Source of the DNA: Octopus sinensis
Lineage: Eukaryota
Direction: 5' to 3'
DNA: 64,000 nt
Assembly (NCBI RefSeq): GCF_006345805.1
Contig: NW_021833417.1
Span: 1 to 64,000, forward strand
Shown here: piece by piece, positions 49,370-63,006 of the stretch
How the letters are laid out: each line of letters begins with the position of its first letter
How positions within the stretch are numbered: position 1 is the first letter of the stretch
The notes under the pieces: generated by a model
What the model saw: the letters and a program-made list of their open reading frames with translations, nothing else
Databases searched by the model: none
Told to the model about the DNA's origin: nothing
Made by a program: the position numbers and the translations under genes

Positions 49370-51009
49370 TCAACAAATCCTCGAATTAAGGCTACGAGGA
49401 ATATAGGAACACAGCACAACAATTAAAATAACCATAATTGCAATTGAGTAGAATCCAATTAATGGTGCAAACACTTTCCCGACACTTGTATCCACTGAAA
49501 TCGCAGCAGTATAAATACTATTGAACGTTAAAGGAGCCAAAGCTCTAAAATGCCAATTCTATATAAGTAAACCGGAAAATGCAGGATAAGGACAGGCATA
49601 TTCCGTTTACTGTCCCGGCGTCCTCTATTTTTATGGAATTGTTGAGCAAAAGAGCCACCGTACCACTATTAAAATTTGCCAATATTCTGCTGAAAATAAC
49701 CAAAATGTAAAGTAAAGCCTTCTCCTCGACATAAAGTCTACATTTTTAAAACAAAACATTAACCCTTTTTCACTGAGGACATAAGTCAACGGAATTACCA
49801 ACATGATTGGAAGCAAACCCAAATGGCATAATTTAATGGACTAGAAATTATTAGGTTAATGTAAACGTTAATAATTCCGATTTTGTCCAGCATTCGAGTA
49901 AATAGAAAAGGATGAATTATAACAGTGGGAAGAGCAGAAAAAATTAAAAATAACCCAATTTCCTTACTGCTATACCCCAACCCCCCTAGAAATATCAAAG
50001 ACTCCCAAACCGTGGCTTTTGCTAGTAGCCAAAAATAAAATATAAAGCTCGTCTATTCCAATTGTTACAAAAGAGTAGAGGACCGAAATTCCGAGTGAAA
50101 TTGCCGTTTTCTTGGCTCTACTTTTATGAAAAGATATTGGTCACTTGACTGTCCTTATGAAGACTTTGAAACTCGATTCTACTTGGGGTGTTTCTTGATT
50201 AAGGTTCACGTGGTCTGAGCGAAACGCTTTTCTACATTCATTAAATGTTTTTAATACTTTTTAAATGACTTTTGAGTTATAAAAGTAAGAATAATATTAA
50301 AGATAATCAAGGCAACCACGCATATTGAAGTAAAAAAATAGGGAAACTTTTCTAAAAATGCACTGCCACCAAAAACAGAGGGATATAAATGGACAGGATT
50401 TTGTAAATATCCTTAAATATAACACGAGGATAAAACCCCCAATCAAAGGAGCAATCAAAATTCCCATGCTGACTCCAATCCCATAAAACATCATTCCTTT
50501 TCCCTGAGTCTGCTCATCGCATGTGTCGTGAATCAATGCTTTATCAATTATAGAAATTCCTACACTTTACGAATGTTCGAATACCAGAAACCATCCCGAT
50601 CAATAAACGGAAAATTATCACAAAAGATATATTCAATGTAAAACCAAAAGTAAATACAAAAATGCCAGAAAGACCAAAACAAATAATCAGCAAAGTATAT
50701 TTGCTAATTTTGTCGGCAATTCTTCCAATCACGAGACTTGGTATTTAAAGACCCAAAGAACCAACCAGCCGAAAATTCGTCCAATATAAAAACAAGACTG
50801 AACAATCCCAACATAATAGCCTTTTTGTGGTTCCTGATAACCCAAAAACTAAATTCACATAAATTAAATTTTAGGAATACGATGATCATTTCTGTAATGA
50901 ATGGTTCAGCATAACCAACAATTGTATTATTGGTAATCTAAAATGAAACGGTGTACCCTAAAACCTCGTTCAGTACAAGTAATGAGAAAAAGAGTGAAAA
51001 TGTAGACAT
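49370..51009 (-). CDS. MFS transporter (ZIFL1/MFSD-like), about 10 introns
   Basis: GYYVGIVQSCFYIGRIFG, IGRIADKISK (motif A), IAPLIGG, DAGTVNG and RALAPL motifs; splices open; ends TGA. Confidence 0.88.
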
Positions 51010-52219
51010 AATTCAAAATGAATCGAAAATATAACGAACAATTATTTATTTATATAAACTTTTTAAAGTTAAATAATAATATATTTAAAATAATGGAAAA
51101 TTCCGGAGAATGCTTTTCATTTGAGAAACAATATTTATTTTATAGGTCAAAAGTGTAAATACTTTCTCGTCGGAAACAGTATATTTTAAAGCACTCTAAG
51201 CTTAAATTCAAACCTGAGCAATGATATTGATAATCCAACTTTAGTTACAATCTTTTCAAGTCCCATATTAATATATTATTTTATTAAACACAAATGTGAA
51301 TCAAATGGCTAAGATTCAACTCTTTATTTGAAAGTAAACATTTTTGCATTTGTATTATCGGAAAATCTATAAACCGCAGCCGCGACGAAAAAACAGTCTT
51401 GAATCCATATTAACTCTTTATTTGCGGTCAGGGTTTCTATGAAAATGTTAGAAACAGTTTATTCAAATGTATTCGAATACATTTTACGTCAGGATGACGT
51501 AAATTAATTCAATTTTATTTGTGTTATATGTCTATGATGTACATAACTTTATTACATTAATAAGATAGCCCCAAAGAATCCAAATGTATGATTTGGGCTG
51601 CCTGTTCAACTATTTTTTGTCTGCAATTTTTAATTCAGACACGAAATTGCTGTGATGGCGGAATTAAGACTATAAACTCTTTTTTTACTGAATACTTAAT
51701 TTGGCATTTAACGTCTTAAAGTCGTTATAAAATCATCCCTGACTACTAATGAGACAAATATAGACCGATTCTTACATTGTATAGTTGTTGATTAGCCACT
51801 TTTTAATTCTAGCTTTGCAAAAATTAATGAAATATCCAGACGTTGAAGACGAATTTATCGAGATAATTCAAGATCATCTGACCACCATGTCGTTTCAGAT
51901 TTCTTTACTCGTTTTCCAATTTTTTAGCATTTTGGATTTTTAGACTTTTATATTTGTAGGACGCGACAAAAACTATGTTTTTCATTTTTATTTTTTAATA
52001 TTCATGAATTATAGTCTACCTGAAATTGTATTGGTCAAAACTACCAACCCAAATTTTAAATATAAATATATTGAGACGATTGAAGTTTATTCATAATTTT
52101 TTTCTTTTTATTATTCCGTTTTGTAGTTCCTTAATATTTCTGAAAATAGTTAAATAAATCCCAAAAATCTCAAGATTCCCTATACATGTTTTTATCGACC
52201 TCGAATGAAGTAGAGAGCA

Positions 52220-52771
52220 CTGCACCCACTTTCCTGCAAGAGGAGCGCAGGCAGGGAACACAGACACAAGGCCCTCAATGAAATCGTGAAGGCCGGTCTC
52301 GAATCGGCGGGCCATTCGTGCCTTCTCGAACCGGTCGGACTCGATCGGGGAGATGGCAAAAGGCCTGACGGGATGACAATATTCCCGTACTCGTCGGGGA
52401 AGGCCCTCGTATGGGATGTTACCGTTGTGGATACCTTTTCAAAATCGAGGATCCATTCTTCCGCCGCAAACCCTTGTTCGGCTGCAAACCACGCCGAAAA
52501 GATCAAAATACAAAAATATTCTTCGCTCGCGGACCGCTACCGCGTTACGGCAATCGCCCTGGAGACCGCTGGAGCTGCGGGAAAGGAGAATGACTCGTTC
52601 CTCAACGAGGTCGGGCAGTCCATTGGGAGAAGGCTCAAGGACACAAGAGAGGGCCTCTGGTTCCGCCAGCGCATCGGCCTGGCCATTGTTCGGGGCAACG
52701 CACACTGCGTCATTGCCGCTGGGACTTAACGATTTTCGTTGTTAATAAAATAATGTTAAATTAAAAAAAAA
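52220..52771 (+). mobile_element. 5'-truncated CRE-like non-LTR retrotransposon (REL endonuclease)
   Basis: HPLSCKRSAGREHRH...LEPVGLDRGDGKRPDG...VWDVTVVDT, K..KY, QRIGLAIVRGN; open frame; AATAAA plus A-tail; TSD aagtagagagca at 52208-19 and again after the tail; GC-rich against flanks. Confidence 0.9.
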
Positions 52772-53914
52772 GTAGAGAGCATATAATTAATTTTCTCCTT
52801 AGCCCAGAATTCAAGACAATGTTGACCTTGATTTTCCATCGGGAGTTGTTTTATCTCAAATATTTGGTACAAATCAACAAATATTTTGTGCTCATTAACC
52901 CATTGGCAGGTAGAATCCCGTCAATCCTCGAGTCGCCTATTTTAGATTCTACTTTTAAAAAATCCGCCAATCCGTGCTCATTAACCAACACACCAAGCAA
53001 TTATTAAAAGGATGTTCATTTCTTACAATATTCAATTTCAAAAGTAGCGAATGAGGACTTTGTTGTAATTTTGTTTTCTGTACATTTTATAATCGTTTTT
53101 TAGTTGACGGCCAACTTTGACTGCCAAGACTTTAAATCGAGAAAATACGGTACGGTAATTTTTTTAATTATGACTTGCAGGAGAAAACAGGTCAGTTTAG
53201 GTTTTAACGTTATTTTTTAATAAGAATACGATCTCAATTCATGAAGTTAGTAAAGACTAAATGAATCAAATTATTCTCGGAAATAACAAATTAGCATAAC
53301 AAAAATTACTGGTTTTTATTTTTGCAAAAAATTTTTCTACTTGGTTCTGAATAAAATGACCATTAAGACAAAACCGAAGTCACAAACTGTCAGCTCAAAT
53401 TCTTTAGACATGTTTGGTAGATATCCACCCGTCATCCAGCAAGTCGCATCCATCACTACTGTCTCCTTCCACCTCTCAGGGGATTCAAATAATCCGAATT
53501 ATTACTGCAATAGTAATCCACCAAAAAAAGAAGCATTTTCCACATGTTTTTATTTTCTCGTAACAAATATCTTTGTGGAAATTTGGTCTTCCTACAATGT
53601 AAAAATGGCATTCATTTTCTGTGTATCGACAGTTCCAGAATTCATTTTCTAACCTTGAAATGTTCTTTCTAACCGATTCAGACAATTTATAGTCAAATAA
53701 TACAATCGACTTACAATTTAGTTATTCTAAGTTGACGGAATTCATAAGGAAATCATTCTTGCAGTTTCCTTCAGTGGCTCCTACGTGTCTAAATCGAAAA
53801 GGCAAAACAATTCATATCCATCAAGTTGACTTTTCTTGTTTCGTCTACCAAATTGTCATATTGTTGTTTTAATAACGAATTAGTCACAAAATTAGAGAAA
53901 GTCGTAATTATTGG

Positions 53915-54760
<846 letters not shown>

Positions 54761-56490
54761 TGGTTATTCTGACAACAAAAAATAGGTTTTAATATAATTT
54801 ATTGGTTTTTATTGTGAACAAATTTATCAGTAAAAATAATATTCATCATAAAATACGCTAGCCCGTTATCAATTGGAACCCTAAACTTTCGAAAACCCAC
54901 TCTTATGGGAAAAAAACTCTAATAACAAAAATGGAACTACTAAGATAGCAGATTACAAGATTATCATCCTCCCAACGACCTGTAGTCACTGTGGCCTGGA
55001 GTTTGTAATTAACCGCAAATTAGACAAGCATGTATCCCGAGTGTAGTCCGCCTTGGACGGGATAACGCTGCTTTAAATCAAATGGGGAACAGTAGTGAAC
55101 AGTCTACATCAAACGGGCTAAACCGTCGACACTAATTCAACAAGTGTACAGTCACAAGATATAAAAAATTCACTTGGTGTGTGAGATTCTCCTACATTGT
55201 TTGGAAAATAAATAGATTATGTCTTAAAGGAAACTTAAACTAATTTTCCCCTGAGAATTGTCAAAAAGAGTTTTAAATTCTTCTTTTCTTCATTCATTTT
55301 AGAACAGGAGTAAATTTATTCGGAAGAATAACTTGAGCGCACAGAGCCGAATTTGTTCGAATTTCGTCAGAATTTTCTAAAATTGTTTCGAATAGTTCCA
55401 AGATTTCATTTTATACACTCTGAAAATAATAAAACTAAAACCACCAGTTTAGGTTTAGAAGCAACAATTAAATTAAGAAATAAGCAGAATTAAAAAATAT
55501 TTTGAAATGAAATATATAATTATGTAATCAGCTCTATATTACAAAATGCTCGATTTTTAATCATTTTAAACTTTTCTATTGAAATTTGCTGACATAGACA
55601 AAATGAGTATGAACTGTACAGAGTATACCAAACTTCAATACCCGCAAGTGTGGGATTCGATGTATATTCAATTAAAGCTCTGTTTTGTATTTCGATCATA
55701 TTCTGATTTACATGCTGAGTCGTTCTTGTTTTTTAATTGATTTCTTTTATTGAATTTGATTATTACTTCTGATATGAAAATATTATATTCCATAGTCCGT
55801 TCTATTCAGTTCTATAATTATATTTTAGCGAAATATACTTTAGTCAAAAAATACTTTTTTATTTGTTTAAGTAATAGTTATCCAAAATAGAAATTGAGTA
55901 ACAGTTTTTTAAATTTTGTTGTACAGTTTCAAATCCGGCAACTTTCGATTCGTTTTATTTCAAAAGAAGTTTTAATGATGCACTATTCCCCCTTTTAGTT
56001 CTGTTCTTTTTCTAGATCTCACAACATTCTTTAGGAACTCGTTTGGCATAGTTCAAAAATAATTTCCATACTGTTAATGAATTGATTTTGTCATCATTTT
56101 TATTTTGCTATTTAATTTCTAACCAATTATATTTACTGTTGACTAGTTAATATGAGAATGGGTGGTTTATTATGATCTAATCAGAGACAATGAAATTAAG
56201 TAATACCCAATCAATTTAACTAAACACAAAATTTTAAAAATCAGAAAACTCTGCCAATAAACATTAAAAATGTTATTAAATAAATAAACCTGATTTTGGT
56301 ATCTAAAATTACTGGCGATGGGTGAAATGGATTGAACATATCCTAAATGTACAATACCTAATTATTAAGTAATAAATATCCATATCGATTGATTACGGCG
56401 ATTGCATAAGGTAATTACTATAAATTGTGCCACGCCGAATAATATCACAACATTTAAAATTGTTAGTATATTTGGGGTGCAAATACTAGA

Positions 56491-57865
56491 ATGTCTCATA
56501 ACAAGTATTTCAACCCGGAGGACAAACAGGACGAGGATGACATGCCATATCACAGAATTAAGGAATGGAATAAAGGATTGTTCATTTCGACCAAATCTAT
56601 CCCCACAATTAACCTTCATGAAGTCTTCGAAACGGAAAATCAAACCAACCCTATCAAACAAGAGTTTTTACAAAGCTTCAATAACGTTGAATGCCACAAA
56701 AATTATCGCCTTGGCAATTTTCTAAAGAATAAAGATCAAAATATCTCAGAAAAAGACAACTTGTGTCGTTCATTTGTAATATATAATTTCGCGCCATTTT
56801 CAGAACAAAAATGTCGGGTTTGGCGGGAAGGAAAATGTTGAAGCTGATTTGGAAAATGTCCAAAAATTAGCTCGATTGCACAAAATTTCGGCAAGTTTGG
56901 AGTTGTAAAACATGTTTACTAGGCCAATCAAAGCCTCACATTTCTTGGACAGGAATGGTCCAGAACGAGAAAAGAAGACTAGACCTGGTCACTAGCAAAT
57001 TCTCCTCCAAATTTTTCGTTGGCGGACTTCCAGCTGGACTGAATAAAGGTCCGAATTTAAGGGAAATTTACTCCCAGAAACCCTCGAGACTGCTTTCAAA
57101 GTATACGGAAACGTGACAATAAATTGGCCGAAAAGACACAAAAAGAGTCCAGAGGGTCCTTTGTCAATCTGATTTGTAGTGCCCACGGGGTACGCCTATG
57201 GGATCTTCACTCAAGAAATCTCGGTGGCTTACTTGCTCTGCCAATGCAGACAAAATTGGAATAACGACGAATTCTTTTACAAATTTGCGTACTTCCAGCA
57301 CGATTTGGAGCAGGAAGCACAAGTCTATTTGTGGGCTATATTTGAAGGTTCAGATCATTCCGTGGCTGCAGGCCGATTCGTTTCACGGCGATGATTTGGA
57401 AGACGACGAAAACGGATTCCAAAAAAGTGTATTTGTAGGAGCATTGCACGGAACGCTCAAGGCAGGCGGCCTTTTTCAAATAATGATGGAGTTGTTTGGA
57501 TCAGTCAAGTCAGTCGAAATAGATTGCGACCGCTATAAATATCCAATCGGTTGTTTTTTGGTGAGAGTGCCAGGTTCGGCCAAAGTCACGTTCAGAAGTA
57601 AGGCGAGTTATTTGAGGGCGATCGAGACTGCCTTTGTGGAGTTGAAATGTGAAAAGTTTACAAAAAAGGCTTTATTTTTAATTATTGGCAGATTCAAATT
57701 GATCCCTTTTTTGAGGATTCAATCTGCGACCGATGCAACATTGCTCGTGGCTCATATTTCTGCCGAAATTTGAAATGTCTGATGTATTACTGCACTCGTT
57801 GTTGGAGAATTGTCCATCAAAATACCCCAGATGTTCATTTGCCGGTAACGAGGGACTTTTATTGA
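56491..57865 (+). CDS. CPEB1: Cytoplasmic polyadenylation element-binding protein, CPEB1/Orb type (start approximate)
   Basis: FFVGGLP, VQIIPW, VFVGALHG, DRYKYPIGSAKVTF, AFVELKCEKFTKK|IQIDPF and the ZZ finger CDRC...FCRNLKCLMYYCTRCW..H; ends TGA. Confidence 0.93.
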
Positions 57866-58258
57866 TTTATTTAATTCTCATTTTTTATTTTGGAATTTGT
57901 TATTTTGATATTTTGAGGCATCTGGCCAATTCGAATGCAATTTCGCCTGTTTAGTCATTCCTTCAACATGTCGTGGCTTTATTTAACATGGAGACATTTA
58001 TTTAGGAGACCTAATTAGAAAACTGTGGCTTTCTACTCAATGAAGTATCTCCTATGGAAGATTCAGTCAGCTCACTAAATAGACATTCTCTTATTTAGTC
58101 ATTTCTTTTACTAACAATGAGGACAATAAATAAAACGTAAATATTATCCTTAATACTACATTCTTTGTCGTTTTAGGCAAATATTTTGATTTTAAGTTTT
58201 TTACAAATTCTGATTATATATAATTCAAATTTTAATCCTAGTGTGGAATAGATAATAA

Positions 58259-59206
58259 ATGGACGTATGCTTTTCATGTGGGGCAACAGAGAGTGCCGAA
58301 TCAGTGATTGACGGTAAAGTATGTGACAAGTGCGGGACCGTGCTCGAAAACAGAGTATATGACTCGACATACTTCCAATGTGGCTACACTCATTTCAAAT
58401 CCAACACAAATAATCTGTACGAACAACGCTCTTCACTAAACAGACCTCCCCGAGAGACCTGTGTGTTCCTCCTTACATTTTGTAGTCAAAGACATCACCA
58501 TGGACGCCCTCGATAAACTGGGGACCACATTCGGTGTCTCTGGCCTTATTGTCGATAAAGCCCGCCATTTGGTTGATCGAATATACAAATATTGCCCGCG
58601 CTTGAAGAATTGCAAGCGTCCCATCAAGCAGGCTGTGGCCGCCTATTCCTTTTACTGTTCTTTATCCTCAGACACCCGCCTTTCATATTCACAGGTTAGT
58701 CAGGGAATTAGTCATGTTAGATTTTCCCGCCAATTGGACTGAAGGAGTGGAAACACCCTTTGTCTTCCGTCCTCAAATTGGTGAGGAATATTCCCGCTTC
58801 TACTCCTCAGTCTCTCTCCACAGCCTCCGACCTCATTTCTACTTTTTCTGACCAATTCAGGTCGGCGACCCTAATTATGCGCGCGAAAAGACTGGCGGAT
58901 TTGTACGACACAGTATTTGCGGGGAACCCCAAATCTAATTCTTCGGCGACCTGTTGCGTGGCCCTGTACATGTCGTGGATGGCAGAGAGTGAAGGGAGGG
59001 AGACACTGAGGGAGTTTTGTGGGCGGAGTGGGTTGGTGTATAACCGGGGGACTGTGGCCAGGTGTGCGAGTATGAGGGGAGTCCTCAAGTCGATGGGCAG
59101 TCGACTCCCCACTGCGGAGTATTTGGATATGAGGGGGCACAGACTGTACTCCTGCATTGACGATGTCCTCTCCTCCAAATCCATTCTACTTGACACTTTT
59201 TTATAG
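58259..59206 (+). CDS. TFIIB-related factor (BRF1/BRF2-like)
   Basis: N-terminal zinc ribbon CFSCG...DGKVCDKCGTVLEN and two cyclin-fold-like repeats; 2 introns; TAG at 59204-06. The 3' end may be affected by the Tc1 inserted 40 bp downstream. Confidence 0.65.
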
Positions 59207-60499
59207 ACAAGTCAGAATTGTACATTTATTATTCTGTTTTCTAATACAGTCCCGTCCAAATGTTAGAGGCACCCTATTTTTTCCCTAAAAAAGGCACTTA
59301 TTTGTCATTTTTTGAAAAAAGTTTTTTGTTAATAACAAACTATTGAATAAAAAATCTTAACCTAAAATTTTTGAGCACATTTAGTTTATAATGTGTATTT
59401 ACTAAGAAACTCAAAATAATACATCGTTCATATGTTAGAAGCACATTTCAATAACGAAAGACAAAATTATCCAAAAATTTAATATTTAGTCATTCCTCCA
59501 TTATTTATGACTACCGAAGATGTTCTTCTTGGAATTGGCTCAAAAAGCTTAATAACCACACCTGTATCAATGTTTTCCCAGGCCTTCTTTGTTTCATTCC
59601 ATAATTCTTGAATCGTTGATGCTCCACATTTTTTAACTTCTTTTTTTAAAATTGCCCATAGATTTTCAATTATATTTAAGTCAGGAGATTGACTTGGCCA
59701 TTTTTCCATGAGTTTTATGTTGTTTTCGGCCATAAACGCTCTAGTGGATTTTGATGTATGACATGTTGCTCCATCTTGTTGAAGAAAATAATTTTCTTCA
59801 TAAAAATTTTCAATTCCTTCTTTTATAACGCGTTGATATTCGGCGGAGTCGACTGTTTTTCGGCAAAGGACAATTTATCTTTGCCTATTGCTTTTAATTG
59901 CTCCCCATATCGTAATTGATAAAGGGAATTTCACAGTTTCAATTGAATATTCTTTCTGTAATTTTGATCCAGAGGGTTTTCTTATGTATTGCCTAGACAT
60001 CTGATTTAACTGAATCCGGCATTCATCAGAAAATATCACTAAATTCCAGTCGTCTTGATTCCACGGAATTTTACCAAGACACCATGTATATCTTTTATCA
60101 ACCTGAGATGCAGTCAATTTTGGTTTTTTCACTGCAATGCGTCCGAATAAATTGTTGCGTCTCAAAATTCGTTTAATTGTCGAAAGACTCACTTTTCCGG
60201 AAAAGTTACAGCATATAAGAAAATCGTTGGCGGTCATTTTTGGGTGTAATCTTGACATTCTGATAAGATAGCGTTCATCATTTTTGGTTAAATTTTGTTC
60301 CTTCCCTTTTTTGGCATATCGTTATATAAATATCCGTGTAAAAATCGCTTTTTAATTTTTTGAATGGCACAACGAGAGATTCCCAAATCTTTGGATATTT
60401 TCACGTGAGATTCGCCACATTTTAATTTTTCGATGACGAGAAACCTGTAATAAGCTGATACACGATGCATTTGAATTTTTTATTATTATTAATAATAAA

Positions 60500-62537
60500 T
60501 GTCGCAGTAAATAGGGATTCCAGGAAATAGCGATCCGTAGTAAATAGAGCGCATAGTATTCAAATATAAATAAATTAAGCAATTTATATGTCTATTAGTA
60601 ATAATCATTTTTATTTTTGAAAATGTTTTTATTTTTTGCAAAAAAAATTAAATTTTTATTTGAGCATGGGATATCTATCGATGTGCAATTATGAAAGGGA
60701 TCAGATTATTGTTATCTAGTCCAGGCATTCTCAACCTTTTTTTGTTCATCGCCCCCTTAGATATTTTATCGCCCCCCTTTGAAATTTTATCGCCCCCTTG
60801 TCCACATACAATTTAAAAATTTTGGGCATTGTCCCTTAATTGGTTGTTTTTTGTATATAACTCAAAAATCAAAATATAAAATAATAATCAAATGTAAAAA
60901 ATTGAATTTTTATTAAAAATATTAGTGAGACTCTTGGTATTGATGTTTACTCGCTAAGTATTCTATGTCGGGTTAAATCCCATTAAAACAGCTTTACTAT
61001 CTACAATGACGCTCTCATCAATTTGTAATGAAAACTTACTTCGCTTCAGTCTTTCAATAAGGATTTCCTTTACAGTCACCCATTCACCAATTCTTCGACG
61101 AATCACCTGAACGTGTTAGTTAATGGTTAAGACGGTGATTTTGTTTGGCTTAAATAATAATAATAATCGAATCATTGCTAAGAGGTAGACTTTTAATAAT
61201 TTTAGAAGGCATTGATGCATTACATCCGATATTATTACTTTCAGTGATGGAATTATTGCATTTTCTGCAATAGTATGAGAACTGGAAGTTTTCGTAATAA
61301 TTTCAGCAATTTTATAAGAAGCGATGTGCGCACCCACAACTGCATATAAATAAATGTTAAATAACCATCATGTACTGGCTTTGTGAATAACGATTTAATT
61401 TATCCAGGTGCTTGCGTTTTAGATGATCCTGTAATCGTGATGGCTTCATCGCCTCATTTGAGAAAGAACATTGACAAATAAGACAATAAGGCTGTTATGT
61501 ATCTTCAGTACTTTGAATAAACCCATATTTTAAATATTCGTTTTGATAATGACGACTTTTCTTATTTGAGCGAGAAGACATTTTAGATACCAAATAAGAA
61601 TGTAAAACAGCGTGCTATTTTAAAATCGCCCCCTTGTAAAAAATTATCGCCCCCCTGTACAAAATTTTCGCCCCTAGGGGGGCGATTCGCCCCCGGTTGA
61701 GAACACCTGATCTAGTCAATGCGAATTTACCGTCAACACTCAGTACCGCCAATGAAATTCGTTCCTTCAGGCTCCGGGCGAGTAAGTTTATTCACTTTCC
61801 GCCGAATCTTATGTTTAAACGTGGAGTTGATCATTTTGTCCGATTTTTTACTGTTGAAGAACAAGAACAACTTGGTCATCCACACCGACACAGATACGAA
61901 TACAACAACACGCCGTCGACCATTCCACGAACATTTGGATTGTACTGAATATACTGTCGTTGGGATTTTACAGCACGACAGGGTCCAAATTAGTTCGACG
62001 AATATGTTGATCAATCATGAGGCCCCTTACGAGATCGATATTAATAGACTAGCTATCGTTGGAAAACTATAAAAATTTTGTTTCGGAATAAACTTCTTTA
62101 TATCTTAAATTTTGTTCTTTTATGATTGCAATCGAAAATAGACAACTATTTGCTATTTCAAAAAAAAAGAATTTGAATTACTTTCCATATTTTCATTTTT
62201 GTTTAAATAAAATGAATCGAAACTAAAATACACTCCATAAAGATTTAAACGCGAAATTGACTAAATTGTTAACAAAAAGCGTCATTTAAACATTTAAAAA
62301 AATTAACATTCAAACAATAAACGAATCTATTCTTAAGCAAATATTTTCATTATTCCTGTACGATTTTAAAGCAGATTTTGTAGTAAGCTATTTATTAATT
62401 TATAAAATTATCAAATTAACGAAAAAATCGTCCTGCACAGTATTTGTCTTTATAGATTTCTCTATTTGGACAATATAAAATTTTATAATTATTTTACTTC
62501 GGATCGCTATTTCCTGGTATCTCTATTTACTGTAACA
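60500..62537 (+). mobile_element. Ginger2/TDD-type non-autonomous element
   Basis: TIRs TGTcgCAGTAAATAGgGATtCCAGGAAATAGCGATCCG and reverse complement TGTtaCAGTAAATAGaGATaCC...; 5-bp TSD ataaa at 60495-99 and 62538-42; remnant integrase-type N-terminus YLVNANLPSTLSTANEIRSFRLRASKF spans the hAT insertion. Confidence 0.8.
60722..61709 (-). mobile_element. hAT Buster (ZBED5-like) internal-deletion derivative
   Basis: 8-bp TSD atctagtc at 60714-21 and 61710-17; 15-bp TIR caggcattctcaacc / ggttgagaacacctg; subterminal atcgcccc repeats; ASYKIA...HTIAE..IIP and FSLQIDES motifs. Confidence 0.93.
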
Positions 62538-63006
62538 ATAAATTATAGAATTATTGCTTTTTACATAGGTGCCTCTAACATATGAGCGACCAATTATTTT
62601 TTGTTTTAAGTTTGAGAATACTATCGGTCGAATATTTATAAAAACTTTGGAAATGTTTAATTTCCTTTAAAAACTTAATTTATTCTTTAAAATCTTTCGA
62701 AAATAATAAATAAGTGCCTTTTTAGGAAAAAATATGGTGGCTCTAACATTTGGACGGGACTGTATATGACACAAACTAATTAATCAGCAGCTGGCGGGTG
62801 ACACATGTCGCATATTAGATTTGTCCTGAAGGCAGTCCTTTGGAGAGTTTTCTTTATGAAAACTATGCAACAAGTATTTTTTCACTGAAAACTTGTATCA
62901 CCAAAATGATTTTTTTATTTTAAATTTAATTAAATTTATAGCAATAGATAATTTAATTTTGTGAACAATAAAATCACAAACATTATAATTTAATTGTTTA
63001 AATTAT

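Larger units (their letters stand above)
31489..49512 (+). repeat. Segmental duplication, copy 2 (left boundary cannot be fixed because copy 1 leaves the window)
   Basis: Near-identical to 1..17938. Confidence 0.97.
59247..62762 (-). mobile_element. Tc1-type transposon family C (IR-DR) carrying two nested elements
   Basis: TA TSD at 59245-46 and 62763-64; TIR cagtcccgtccaaatgttagag; inner repeats atatgttagaagcac / gtgcctctaacatat. Transposase 60470-59479 with IFSDEC, LQQDGATCH and SPDLNIIENLW. Confidence 0.95.

Noticed and set aside
54900-56300. Scattered peptide-like bits, including a single C2H2 (CSHCGLEFVINRKLDKH)
   Set aside because: Too short and broken to assign; probably old transposon debris.
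60505-62532. CAGT-ended pogo/Tc1-like element
   Set aside because: No TA at the left end. Extending by 5 bp gives TGT...ACA termini with a matching 5-bp TSD, i.e. Ginger type.
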